From contig CAYRIU010000007.1 of assembly GCA_964424615.1 (NCBI GenBank), forward strand, positions 20,052 to 84,051: 64,000 nucleotides of DNA. Reading direction: 5' to 3'. Positions within the stretch are counted from its first letter, which is position 1, and the number at the start of each line of letters is the position of its first letter. A program made the translations under genes and the position numbers. Source of the DNA: an uncultured Gammaproteobacteria bacterium (GTDB lineage: Bacteria; Patescibacteriota; Patescibacteriia; UBA1558; GWA2-36-10). A model generated the notes under the pieces. The model saw only the letters and a list, made by a program, of their open reading frames with translations, was not told the DNA's origin and made no database searches. This document shows positions 19,109 to 29,435 of the stretch, piece by piece.

Positions 19109-20794
19109 TTATTGTTTAGTCACTCTAAATATTTCCTCAATGGTTGTCTTGCCAGAAAATGCTTTCATAAATCCGTCCTCTAGCATAGTCACCATACCAT
19201 TGGCTATGGCTAGTTTGGTTATCTGATCAGAATCTGCGCGAGCCACAATCAGCTCTCGAATATTTTCTTCTATTTTCAAAACTTCAAAAATACCCAAACG
19301 GCCAGTATAGCCAGTGTGATTGCAAGCATCACAACCCTTACCTCGATAAAGACGCACTTCTTTGACTTGGCTAGTATTGATAAATTTATCAATATTGATT
19401 TCTTTTTTTATATCTGCTATTTCTTGTTCAGACAAAATATAGCTATAAATACATTTCATACATATCTTCCTGACCAATCTTTGACCAATAATCACATTGA
19501 CAGTAGAAGCTACCAAAAATGGCTGTATCTCCATATCAAGTAGACGTGGCAATGAGGTAGCAGCATCATTGGTATGCAAGGTAGACAAGACCAAATGTCC
19601 AGTCATAGCTGAATTCACAGCGATACCAGCAGTTTCATTGTCACGAATTTCTCCCACCATTATAATATCTGGATCTTGACGCAATAACGAACGTAAACCA
19701 GCAGCAAAAGTCAAATTAGTAGCTGGATTGACCTGCACTTGATTGACGCCATCCAAGCTATACTCTACTGGATCTTCGATGGTACAAATATTGATATCAC
19801 GTTTATTGAGAATCTTGACCAAGGCATACAAAGTGGTGGTTTTACCAGAACCAGTAGGTCCAGTGGACAGGATCATACCGTATGGCTTATTGATAGCTTC
19901 ATTGACTACTGCCAAATCTTTTTCATTCATACCTAGCTCTTCTAGGGTAAAAAATTTACCCTGAGAAGACAAAAGTCTCATAACTACTTTTTCACCATGA
20001 ACAATTGGCAGAATAGAGACTCTGATATCTAGCTTGATATTTTCTACCTCTGTCACAATCTTACCATCTTGAGCTGCCCTAGTTTCATCAGTACGTAGTT
20101 TGGCTAAGATTTTTATCCTAGTGACTATCATGTCCAAAATATTTTTTGGTAAATTCATGATGTCATATAGTAGACCATCAATACGAAATCTAATAACAAT
20201 TTCTTTTTCTGTTGGTTCGATGTGAATATCAGAAGCATGATTCATAAAACCATAGTTGATAATATCATCTACCAATCGGATGACAGATACATCTTCCCTA
20301 GAAGCACCCTGGGCTTTGATAGCGTTTTTTTGGATGTTGCTGACATACTCAGTCTGAATACTCTTTTTGTATAGACGCAAAGCATTTTCTAGTTCGCGAT
20401 CTGTGGCGTAGTATGTCAAAACTTTGTCGCCCAATTTTTTTTCCAAAGCCTTGACCATCGGATAATCAAATGGATCAGCCATGGCTACATGAGTGCCTTC
20501 GGTATCTCTTTTGAAAATAAGCATCTTTTGCTTACGAGCGACTATCTCTGGCAACTGAGTCAAAATCTCTGGCTTGATATTTTCCTTAGCCAGATTGACA
20601 TATTTTACATGTAAATTGTTGGCTATCAACTGTCCTATTTCTTGTGCCTTGATGAGTTCCTGCTCAATCAAAAAACCAACAAAATCTATTTTTTTCTCTC
20701 GAGAAGTTTTGAGAGCTGTATCCAAAACATCAGGCTTGATCAAGCCGTATTTGCTTATGATTTGATAAACCTTCTCATCGGTCACTATGGACAT
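19109..20794 (-). CDS. pilB: Type IV pilus assembly ATPase PilB (GspE family)
   Basis: 561 aa. GspE N-terminal domain, Walker A GPTGSGKTT, Asp/His boxes, and a tetracysteine Zn motif (CMKC...CDAC). Confidence 0.92.
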   Translation of the reverse strand: MSIVTDEKVYQIISKYGLIKPDVLDTALKTSREKKIDFVGFLIEQELIKAQEIGQLIANNLHVKYVNLAKENIKPEILTQLPEIVARKQKMLIFKRDTEGTHVAMADPFDYPMVKALEKKLGDKVLTYYATDRELENALRLYKKSIQTEYVSNIQKNAIKAQGASREDVSVIRLVDDIINYGFMNHASDIHIEPTEKEIVIRFRIDGLLYDIMNLPKNILDMIVTRIKILAKLRTDETRAAQDGKIVTEVENIKLDIRVSILPIVHGEKVVMRLLSSQGKFFTLEELGMNEKDLAVVNEAINKPYGMILSTGPTGSGKTTTLYALVKILNKRDINICTIEDPVEYSLDGVNQVQVNPATNLTFAAGLRSLLRQDPDIIMVGEIRDNETAGIAVNSAMTGHLVLSTLHTNDAATSLPRLLDMEIQPFLVASTVNVIIGQRLVRKICMKCIYSYILSEQEIADIKKEINIDKFINTSQVKEVRLYRGKGCDACNHTGYTGRLGIFEVLKIEENIRELIVARADSDQITKLAIANGMVTMLEDGFMKAFSGKTTIEEIFRVTKQ

Positions 20795-20796
20795 AA

Positions 20797-21213
20797 TTAT
20801 ATTTTCTCTGAATTATTTTTGGCTTGTTTACTCTGAGTCTTAGAATTCAAATATTGATTGATTTTTTCGACCAGTATACCCAGAGTAATATTATCTTTAA
20901 TCAAATAATCCACTGCTCCTAGATCCACGCCTTTTTTCTTGTCATCCTCTTGACCAAGATTGGATAATATAATCACTGGAATATTTCTAGTTTTGGGATT
21001 TCTTTGCAGTTCCGTCAAAACCTCAAAACCACTTTTCTTGGGCATGATCATGTCCAAAATAATCAAATCAGGATCTTCTAGTTGAGCTTTTTCCAAGCCT
21101 TCTTCCCCGTCTTGAGCCAAAACTACATCAAAATTCTTTTCTTTGAGCTCGGCTTCATAAACTTTGCGCAAGAAGTTGTCATCATCAACAAATAAAATCT
21201 TGGGATTTGGCAT
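20797..21213 (-). CDS. CheY-like response regulator (receiver domain only)
   Basis: 138 aa. ILFVDDD...DLIILDMIMPKKSGFEVL with the conserved Asp and Lys positions. Confidence 0.88.
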   Translation of the reverse strand: MPNPKILFVDDDNFLRKVYEAELKEKNFDVVLAQDGEEGLEKAQLEDPDLIILDMIMPKKSGFEVLTELQRNPKTRNIPVIILSNLGQEDDKKKGVDLGAVDYLIKDNITLGILVEKINQYLNSKTQSKQAKNNSEKI

Positions 21214-21215
21214 AT

Positions 21216-22766
21216 TTATAAAAGATTATTGACGTCTAAAATTAAATTAACTCTACCAGAAGAAGATATAGCCAAACCTTTAAACTTTGGCAATAACTTC
21301 ATGATGCTAGGATTTTTTTTCATCACCAATTCGCTTTCTTTTATATTACTAGATATTGGCAAGGCATAAAGATTTTTTTGAATATTCAAAAACAATACAT
21401 ATTTAGCTGGAGCTTTGATCTCTAGTGGTAATATAGAATGTAAATTCAATAATTTGATTCTTTTTTTATTATAAACAAAATATTGATCATTGCTAAGATT
21501 TTTGATCTCTGGCAATTTGACTACTCTATCCACATAAGACATCGGTATAGCCAAAGACCAGTCACCAAGCTGCCAAGCAATGCTCCTAAATATAGACAAT
21601 GGCAATGGCAAATGTAAAATAAATTTAGTGCCTTTATTCAAAGTACTACTGACCTCTACCTGACCATTGAGCTTGCTCATCCTATCTTTGACTACACTCA
21701 AGCCTACTCCTCGACCACCATGGATGTCCATATTCTTTTTGCTGGACATGCCTGTATGAAAAAGCAAACTTGGTATATCAATCAATTTTAATTTGCGACT
21801 TTCTTCCACGCTGATGACACGCTTGTGTACAGCCAAAGCCAAAACCTTTGACCAATCAATACCACGACCATTGTCACTGACTGTGACGACCAACTCATCA
21901 GCCTCCAAAACCGCATTCAAAACTATCTGCCCATTTTTTTGACTAGATTTGATACCATGCACAATAGAATTTTTAATCAACTGCACAATAACCTCTAACA
22001 GCTCATCCAATATAGACTTGTCTAGTGATATATCATTGTGTTCTATGACCAGGGTAGCATTTTTGTGCTCATCACGGGCAATAGAGCGTACTAGATAAGG
22101 TAAATTGGAAAATACCTGCTCCAAGGGCAAAATACGCATCCTCTCTAGTTCACGACGCAAATTATTGGCCAGAGTATCAGCTGTCACAACATTGGAAAGA
22201 ATTTGGCTTTGTCCAGTCTTTATGGCCGCACCTTTGATACTCATGATATTGACCAGAAGATCATCCAACAAATTTTGTATTTTATCCAAATCTCTAGCTG
22301 CCACAATCATCTCTGTGCTTTCATGCGGAGCAACTAGCTCATCACCAATATGCTTAGTGTTTATTTTATCTGTCTTTTTTATTTTGACTGGAGACTTTAA
22401 TATTTTTTCTAAATCAGCAATAGCTTGCTTAAAATCCAACTCCCCGCCACCCTGACTAATATGTTGCAAATTGGCATGCAAAGTATCCAAGGCACGAAAT
22501 ATGAGATCTAGACTATCTTTATTGACCAACAGAGTGCCATTGATCATAGCCTGGACCAATGACTCGACCTGATGCACATACACTATAGTATCCTTGTAAC
22601 CCATAGTAGCAGCCGAACCTTTCATAGCATGCAGGATGATAAATAGGGTCTGTAAATATTCGGAATTTTTAGGATTTTTTTCTAACAAAAGTAAAACATC
22701 AGCAATGGATTTAAGCTGCTCTTGAGTGCTTGATAAATACAAATCTTTATATTTCTCACTAAACAT
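21216..22766 (-). CDS. cheA: CheA-like histidine kinase (HPt, HATPase_c and CheW-like domains)
   Basis: 516 aa. HPt (LHAMKGSAATMGY), ATPase G-boxes (DNGRGID...GGRGVGLSVV), and a C-terminal CheW-like domain. Confidence 0.88.
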   Translation of the reverse strand: MFSEKYKDLYLSSTQEQLKSIADVLLLLEKNPKNSEYLQTLFIILHAMKGSAATMGYKDTIVYVHQVESLVQAMINGTLLVNKDSLDLIFRALDTLHANLQHISQGGGELDFKQAIADLEKILKSPVKIKKTDKINTKHIGDELVAPHESTEMIVAARDLDKIQNLLDDLLVNIMSIKGAAIKTGQSQILSNVVTADTLANNLRRELERMRILPLEQVFSNLPYLVRSIARDEHKNATLVIEHNDISLDKSILDELLEVIVQLIKNSIVHGIKSSQKNGQIVLNAVLEADELVVTVSDNGRGIDWSKVLALAVHKRVISVEESRKLKLIDIPSLLFHTGMSSKKNMDIHGGRGVGLSVVKDRMSKLNGQVEVSSTLNKGTKFILHLPLPLSIFRSIAWQLGDWSLAIPMSYVDRVVKLPEIKNLSNDQYFVYNKKRIKLLNLHSILPLEIKAPAKYVLFLNIQKNLYALPISSNIKESELVMKKNPSIMKLLPKFKGLAISSSGRVNLILDVNNLL

Positions 22767-23199
22767 AAATTTTCAATGTAGAAAATATCTGCTCTATCTC
22801 TAAAATATAAATTTTTTGCTTAGCAACTTTAATATACTTTTGCAAAATATTTTTTGTTTTTTCCGTAAAAATTTTATTAGCGGATATTGTATCCATGCCT
22901 TGGTCAACTATCAAGGCATAAAAATCTCCTTTGTAGCTAAACAATAAACATTGGAGATTGGTCGGCATTTTCCAATTACACCCCAAAAATTTATCAGTGC
23001 GTAAAACAGTCACCAGATGTCCATTGAGATAAGAAACTCCAGCTATATATTTATTATTGATGGGCAGTGCCGACAAATGCTCACAACTAAAAAATTGACT
23101 ATCTGCATTCAAGGGCACGGCCAATATTTTATCAGCCAATTGAAAAGTAATAAATTGTTGTTTTTTAGCTGTCATATTAATTTTTACCCACCAAATCAC
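22759..23199 (-). CDS. cheW: CheW-like coupling protein
   Basis: 146 aa. CheW fold pattern (FITFQLADKILAVPLN...VSYLNGHLVTVL). Overlaps the cheA start by 8 nt. Confidence 0.75.
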   Translation of the reverse strand: MIWWVKINMTAKKQQFITFQLADKILAVPLNADSQFFSCEHLSALPINNKYIAGVSYLNGHLVTVLRTDKFLGCNWKMPTNLQCLLFSYKGDFYALIVDQGMDTISANKIFTEKTKNILQKYIKVAKQKIYILEIEQIFSTLKIYV

Positions 23200-24319
23200 T
23201 CAATGTATCTGTGACCTTGTTGAGAGCTATAGATGATTTGTTCAAAGACCTAGTGACCACTAGCTGCTCACCTATGACCTTGGCTATATCATCAGTTTGC
23301 TTGACTAGTAGTTTTGATTGCTGGGAAATATTGGAAATAACTTTATTCACCTGATTAGCATCCTCATAAGTCTTGTTAGTCTCTGTATTTACCACTTGGA
23401 TATCATGAGCAATACTGTCAATATTATTACTAATCTTAGTTAAAAAATTTAATGTTTGACTAACAACGCTAATACTTTTATTTGTTTCTTGCCATTCATA
23501 GACAGCTGACTTCTTGGATTGGTCTATCTGTCTACGCATATCTTGAGCCAATGACTGTATACTACTAGCTGCCTGCTCACTGATATTATTGAGATCACGA
23601 ATTTGTGTCACCAAACCAGCAAATTCTTCACTATAAGAAGCTTTTTTGGCTTCAATAGACATATTTAAGCTAAAAAATTTGGTAGTTTCTGCTACTGTCT
23701 CTACCCTCTGCGCTATCTCACCTACTTGTTGGGCATATTGATCCAAAGCTTGGCTCAATTTTTGTGTGTCGGTCAATAAATTTTTAACTGCTACCAAGCT
23801 AGCCAAAGCCTTTTCTGATTGTATTTTACCATCCTCTGCTAATTTATTAGCTTTACCAACACTATCAGTAGCTGCTCCAGTTTTGTGTGTGATCTCTACT
23901 AGAGAATGAACCATTTTGGACAATGACTGACTACCTGCTTTCAAGCCACTTTGTTGTTGTTGAGACGAAGAAGTTAAAAATTGAGAAATCTGATTATTGG
24001 TTTGACTAATATTTGACAAGCCTTGTATAGAGGTCAATAGTAAGCCTACTACCTTACTCAGTTCATTGACAGCTACTTGTGCTGGGGCTGTCACGTTCTT
24101 ACTCAGACGACGAGTAGCGACTAGAGAAAGGCCAAAAACTAAAGCTAAAGAAACAAAAAGTCCAATCAAAATGTTAGCCGGCAAAACTCCCGCTTGCAGA
24201 AAGCCACGATATTGACTGGAGAGAGCAAAAGAGGCCAATAAAACAACCAACGGTAAAATAGATACCGCTACAAACCAAAGAATAAATTTCAAGTAAATTT
24301 TTGTTTCTACAAGTTTCAC
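23177..24319 (-). CDS. Methyl-accepting chemotaxis protein-like transducer (PilJ-like)
   Basis: 380 aa. Two N-terminal TMs, then a coiled-coil with the MCP signalling-hairpin motif (TTKFFSLNMSIEAKKASYSEEFAGLVTQIRDL resembling [31 protein letters not shown]). Confidence 0.75.
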   Translation of the reverse strand: MKLVETKIYLKFILWFVAVSILPLVVLLASFALSSQYRGFLQAGVLPANILIGLFVSLALVFGLSLVATRRLSKNVTAPAQVAVNELSKVVGLLLTSIQGLSNISQTNNQISQFLTSSSQQQQSGLKAGSQSLSKMVHSLVEITHKTGAATDSVGKANKLAEDGKIQSEKALASLVAVKNLLTDTQKLSQALDQYAQQVGEIAQRVETVAETTKFFSLNMSIEAKKASYSEEFAGLVTQIRDLNNISEQAASSIQSLAQDMRRQIDQSKKSAVYEWQETNKSISVVSQTLNFLTKISNNIDSIAHDIQVVNTETNKTYEDANQVNKVISNISQQSKLLVKQTDDIAKVIGEQLVVTRSLNKSSIALNKVTDTLSDLVGKN

Positions 24320-24433
24320 TTTTTTTGTTTTTCTTTTCCCTTTTGGTTAATTAAATTATAACATATTTTAGACCAAAAACAAAGAGCGCCTAATGTGCAT
24401 AAGACGCTCTATGATTATGAGAATAAAAAGTCA

Positions 24434-26599
24434 CTAGTTCCGTAAAAAATCTTCCAGCATATTTATTAGCTCTTGCTGTTTATCTACTTTGGCTTGCTCC
24501 AAATATGCATTTAGATCGGCAATCTGAGATTGATCAAAACTATTTTCACTGTGTTGCAAGTTCCAATCTTTCACTATACCAACATTGTGGGCAAATTCTT
24601 TGTAATCTTTAGTCAGCCAATAGACTTGTGCTAATTTCCAGTAAACATCACGAGAGTGTGGCGCTAAATCCCTAGCCAATAAGGCTTGTTCTTGAGCTTT
24701 TTCATATTCGCCTTTTCGCTGGTATTCTTTTTCTAAAGCAAATTTTATTTCTACTCTCCAGGGAGCTAATTTTGACATAGCTTCTAACAAATAAATATCT
24801 CTATCAATAAATGACTGATCAAAATTACCGACAAACTGATAAAAATTGGATAAAAACATGCCGGATCTGATATCCATTGGATATTTTTCATAATTTGATT
24901 CCAGATATTGACCAGTTAAATTCATAAATTCAAATCTAATATCATCAGTGGCATATGGATTACTAATAATCAAGCCCAAAATATCATTCAGAGATGCGGT
25001 TTTTTCTTTGTCACCTAACGGTACCATACCATATGATTTAATCCAATTATTCTTAACCATCTGAAAATCATCCGCAGTCTTTGCTCTTTGCGCCTCGGTA
25101 AATGTCTGAACAAAAATAATGTTACTCCTCCAAGGCTTCCAAGCCATATAATAAACTAAAGCAAAAGATAATAAAATTAATAAAATTTTTCTAAATAATA
25201 AATTAAAACGGTGTGTATTTAAATTTTCTTGCCAAGTTTTAAACCAAGACATCAGTCTAGATTGACGATCTATATCTGAGATGGTCAATGAAAATAAATA
25301 GGCTAAAATTAGATAAAAAACAACATTAACATTAAGATTGTCAAAGATAAAGAAATCTTGAACCAAAAAACTAATCAAAAAAGCTGCCCACAAAGATGGC
25401 ATCACCCAAGTATCCCCTCTTTTGATCAGGCTACGTAAAATAAACAAAAGATAAATAAATATAGCAATATATAAACCAAAGCCTACTAAACCGCCATGGA
25501 CCAAATGCTGGACCAAAATATTGTGCGGTCTATCAAACCATATCTCTGAGCCCATAGTTACAAAAATAGCCGAAGGGAAATACTTGTTAAAAGAGTCAGA
25601 AAAATTCTCCTCACCCCATCCGAGCAATGGTTTTTCTCTAAAAGAATATAAAATACTATTTTTCCAGATCATCAAACGTGATTGAGTGCTAGTATCAGTC
25701 AAAGATATATTGGCCAATCTAGAAAAAATTGGCACTGATTTTACCCAGGAGCTATCTTTTTGTACAAAAATCAAAGTAATAAACAGTAAAGCCGCTATCA
25801 CCAAACTGATCACGGTATAATAAAATTTTTGCCTATTATGCCTTTCATAATATAAATATGCTGAGGCCAATAGAAGAGCAAAAAATACTAGACCCAAAAA
25901 AGCACCTCTAGTCTCAGTGGCTAATAAGATAACAATAAATATCACGATGCTAATGGCATAATAAAATGCTGACCAAGAATAAAAATTATGGTTTATAAAT
26001 TTTTTAATCAACAAATAAGTAGCCAAAACTATATTCAAAAATAAATAAGAACCGACGTAGGCCGCATTACCTAAAGTACTAGATAAGCGTTGACCGCCAG
26101 CTGAGCTCATTAGAAAACTTACATTCAAAACCTGCCCCACAGCATACAAGGCAACCAAGACAGCCACAAACAATGAAGTCTTAAATAAAACCTGCCAATC
26201 CTCTGCCGTTTTATTAATACCAATCAAAACTATGACATACATCAAGATGTGATACCAATTGACTAGACCATCCATTCTTTCAAATGAACTCCAAAAACTA
26301 AAAAGAAAATGACCACCAAAAATACTAGAAATAGTCAAAGTCAAAATAAATAAGACAAACAAAATCAAACCTTTGTTAAATTTTGGCCACTGATAAGTAT
26401 TTTTTATAACCAACCAAATATAAAGAGGAAATATGATATCAATAATCAGTCTAAAAAATATATTGCGAGGAAAAACAAAAGGAAAATATGCATCACCGTA
26501 TATAATAAGCGGAGCAAACAAAATCAGCATTAAACCGCATTTGATCACTAATTTTAATATTGCATCTTTTCCTACAAAATGACTAGATAATTTTGACAT
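24434..26599 (-). CDS. O-antigen ligase/polymerase-like (Wzy_C-type) polytopic membrane protein with C-terminal TPR repeats
   Basis: 721 aa. More than 10 TMs in the N-terminal 430 aa and a TPR-like C-terminus. Paralogous in architecture to 46009-48195. Confidence 0.65.
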   Translation of the reverse strand: MSKLSSHFVGKDAILKLVIKCGLMLILFAPLIIYGDAYFPFVFPRNIFFRLIIDIIFPLYIWLVIKNTYQWPKFNKGLILFVLFILTLTISSIFGGHFLFSFWSSFERMDGLVNWYHILMYVIVLIGINKTAEDWQVLFKTSLFVAVLVALYAVGQVLNVSFLMSSAGGQRLSSTLGNAAYVGSYLFLNIVLATYLLIKKFINHNFYSWSAFYYAISIVIFIVILLATETRGAFLGLVFFALLLASAYLYYERHNRQKFYYTVISLVIAALLFITLIFVQKDSSWVKSVPIFSRLANISLTDTSTQSRLMIWKNSILYSFREKPLLGWGEENFSDSFNKYFPSAIFVTMGSEIWFDRPHNILVQHLVHGGLVGFGLYIAIFIYLLFILRSLIKRGDTWVMPSLWAAFLISFLVQDFFIFDNLNVNVVFYLILAYLFSLTISDIDRQSRLMSWFKTWQENLNTHRFNLLFRKILLILLSFALVYYMAWKPWRSNIIFVQTFTEAQRAKTADDFQMVKNNWIKSYGMVPLGDKEKTASLNDILGLIISNPYATDDIRFEFMNLTGQYLESNYEKYPMDIRSGMFLSNFYQFVGNFDQSFIDRDIYLLEAMSKLAPWRVEIKFALEKEYQRKGEYEKAQEQALLARDLAPHSRDVYWKLAQVYWLTKDYKEFAHNVGIVKDWNLQHSENSFDQSQIADLNAYLEQAKVDKQQELINMLEDFLRN

Positions 26600-26718
26600 A
26601 TTTTAATTAATATTGATGATAAAAAAATTATTTTTCTTCGAGCGACCCTGAGCGAAGTCGAGGGAGAGTCGAGAGGTTATGCTTAGTTCTCGACTAGCTC
26701 GAACAAAAAACCAAAATT

Positions 26719-26748
26719 TGACAAAAACGAGCATTTATTATTATAATA
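26719..26748 (+). promoter_or_regulatory. Sigma70-type promoter TTGACA-18-TATAAT for the sugar-transferase/flippase operon
   Basis: TTGACA at 26719-26724 and TATAAT at 26743-26748. The ATG is at 26773. Confidence 0.6.
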
Positions 26749-26772
26749 TAAAATAATTATAAAGACAAATCA

Positions 26773-28137
26773 ATGAAAAAAGGACTATTATTATTAGGCG
26801 ACATTTCTGTACTATACCTCAGTTTAGCACTAACCCTTTGGCTACGCTATGGCCACATAGATCAAGATCTGTGGAATAGGCATTTACTACCGTTTAGCAT
26901 TATATTTGCTATCTGGCTTCTAGTCTTTTTTATCAATGGTCTATATGAATCTAAAAAAGTGCGTTTTGATTTTAGTCTCTATAGTCACCTCTTACAAAAT
27001 CTCACTATCAATGCAGTTATAGCTACAGTTTTTTTCTATATTTTTTCCGATAATTTTGGCCAAATGAAGCCAATGACTATACTATTAATTTTATTATTAG
27101 TATACGCTCTATTATTTTTTGTCTGGCGTAAATCATTTTATACTTTGATTTCTAGCCGCTCTCTAGGAAACAACCTAGCCTTGATAGGGCTCAATGATGA
27201 ATCATTGGCTTTGGCCGAAGAAATTATCAATAAACCACAACTTGGTTATCAATTGAAGTTAATCGTCAATCCGGATTTTGTCACTATACCAGAAAAATTC
27301 CAAATCATACCAGTCAGTAAAAACTTAATAGACCTAAAAAGTGAATTTCTAAAACATAAAATTCAAACTGTAGTGGTAGTCAATAATCCCAAATATGCCA
27401 GCGAAGTAGCTCGTTATCTATTTGAAAATATCAATCTAAAAATACAGTATTATAATCTAACTAATTTCTACGAAAAAATCATCGGCAAAATACCGTTGAT
27501 GTTGCTAGAAAAAACTTGGTTTGTAGAAAATTTTAATGTACATAATAAAAATGGTTTTGCTATCAGCAAAAGATTTATTGATCTATTTTTTGCTAGTTTT
27601 TTTGGCTTGATATCACTTATCTTTATCCCCTTTATCATTATAGCTATAAAGCTAGAATCCAAGGGCAAGATAATATATAAGCAAGAAAGGGTTGGTCTCA
27701 ATAATAAAAAATTTAATGTTTATAAATTCCGCACCATGCAAGAAAACGCTGAACAAAATGGTGCTGTCTGGGCATCTATAAATGATCCACGAGTGACTAA
27801 AATTGGCAAACTCATGCGTCGCACTAGATTGGATGAAATACCACAATTTTTCAATATACTCATTGGTAATATGAGCTTTGTGGGACCACGTCCTGAGAGA
27901 CCAGAGTTTGTAGAGCAATTAAAAAAAGAAATACCTTTCTACAATGAAAGGCATCTCATCAAACCGGGCTTGACTGGCTGGGCTCAAATCAACTATCCCT
28001 ATGGAGCATCGGTAGCTGATGCCAAAGAAAAGCTACAATATGATTTATTTTATATAAAAAATCAATCAGTGGCTCTTGATATCTCTATCATACTCAAGAC
28101 TATCAATGCCATGTTTAATATTGCTTTGGGAAGATAA
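26773..28137 (+). CDS. Polyprenyl-phosphate sugar phosphotransferase (bacterial sugar transferase, WbaP/CpsE family)
   Basis: 454 aa. N-terminal TMs and a C-terminal Bac_transf domain (KRFIDLFFA...VYKFRTM...DEIPQFFNILIGNMSFVGPRPERPEF). Confidence 0.9.
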   Translation: MKKGLLLLGDISVLYLSLALTLWLRYGHIDQDLWNRHLLPFSIIFAIWLLVFFINGLYESKKVRFDFSLYSHLLQNLTINAVIATVFFYIFSDNFGQMKPMTILLILLLVYALLFFVWRKSFYTLISSRSLGNNLALIGLNDESLALAEEIINKPQLGYQLKLIVNPDFVTIPEKFQIIPVSKNLIDLKSEFLKHKIQTVVVVNNPKYASEVARYLFENINLKIQYYNLTNFYEKIIGKIPLMLLEKTWFVENFNVHNKNGFAISKRFIDLFFASFFGLISLIFIPFIIIAIKLESKGKIIYKQERVGLNNKKFNVYKFRTMQENAEQNGAVWASINDPRVTKIGKLMRRTRLDEIPQFFNILIGNMSFVGPRPERPEFVEQLKKEIPFYNERHLIKPGLTGWAQINYPYGASVADAKEKLQYDLFYIKNQSVALDISIILKTINAMFNIALGR

Positions 28138-29402
28138 TGATAAATAAAATAAAAAATAGAATCTATAATATATTACGCCAGAGTGAAAAATATACCCAAA
28201 CTGATATGGTTTACTTAGCCAAAGGTGGTTTTTGGTTAACTCTTGGTTATGGAACAAATATATTAAAGGGGTTAATTCTTAGTATTTTGATGGCCAACCT
28301 GCTAGCCAAAGAAAGTTATGGATATTATAGATATATATTATCAATATTTAGTCTAGTGGGCATATTTTCCATAGGGGGAATGAGTACAGCCATTACTCAA
28401 TCGGTAGCTAGAAATTTAGATGGCATATTTAAACAAGCAATAAAAATTATCCTAAAATGGTCATTACTAGGTAGTGTGGCGTTACTGGTGATATCAGCAT
28501 ATTACTTTAATAAACATAACCTAAATTTTACCTGGATTTTTATATTTTTAGCTTTACTATTTCCATGGTATTCAATATCTAGTTATTATGGTGCTATACT
28601 TTCTGGTAAAAAAAGATTTGATGTGCAGACCAAATATTTTACTATCTACTCCTTAATTACTTCAATTGTAATAATTACCACCATTTTATTAACAAGTAAT
28701 GTATTTTGGATCATATTTGCCTTTATACTCTCTGATGGAATAGTTGGTGGATTCTTTACTTACAGAGCATCAAAAAAATATTTATTAAATGACAAAGTGG
28801 ATCCAGATAGCTTAAATTATGGAGTCAAATTGTCACTCATAGGTATTATAGGACTTATAGCTCAAAACATAGACAAAGTAATATTACCAATACTCCTAGG
28901 CTTCCAAGAATTAGCTGTCTATTCTATAGCCTTGGTAGTACCAGAACAAATTAAAGTTTGGTTTAATAACTTTGGCACACTAGCTTTGCCAAAATTTTCG
29001 GAGCATAAACCAAGTAAAGAAATAAAAGAAAAAATTATAAAAGCTAGTTTTAAGGCTATGATCTTGGTATTTTTGATTATAATAATTTATTGGATAAGTG
29101 CCACTTGGATATTTAACTTAATATACCCAAAATATACTGAAGCCATAATATATTCAAAGGTACTGAGTCTATCATTATTAGCCATACCTTCATTTCTCAT
29201 CAATAATTTCTTTAAAGGAAACAAAAGAAGTGATATTATACTAAAAGAAAATATATTTTATTCCAGTTTACAAATATTATCTGTGATAATATTTACTTAC
29301 TTCTTTGGTTTGTGGGGACTAGTATTTGCTCGCACAATTACTAGATTGTTTACATTTGTATATGACATATACCTACTAAAAAAAATGCCTACATCTATAT
29401 AA
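28137..29402 (+). CDS. Polysaccharide flippase (Wzx/MOP superfamily)
   Basis: 421 aa, about 12 predicted TMs. Start overlaps the stop of the sugar transferase. Confidence 0.7.
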   Translation: MINKIKNRIYNILRQSEKYTQTDMVYLAKGGFWLTLGYGTNILKGLILSILMANLLAKESYGYYRYILSIFSLVGIFSIGGMSTAITQSVARNLDGIFKQAIKIILKWSLLGSVALLVISAYYFNKHNLNFTWIFIFLALLFPWYSISSYYGAILSGKKRFDVQTKYFTIYSLITSIVIITTILLTSNVFWIIFAFILSDGIVGGFFTYRASKKYLLNDKVDPDSLNYGVKLSLIGIIGLIAQNIDKVILPILLGFQELAVYSIALVVPEQIKVWFNNFGTLALPKFSEHKPSKEIKEKIIKASFKAMILVFLIIIIYWISATWIFNLIYPKYTEAIIYSKVLSLSLLAIPSFLINNFFKGNKRSDIILKENIFYSSLQILSVIIFTYFFGLWGLVFARTITRLFTFVYDIYLLKKMPTSI

Positions 29403-29435
29403 TGTAGACATTTTTTAGTATAAATAAAATTACTT

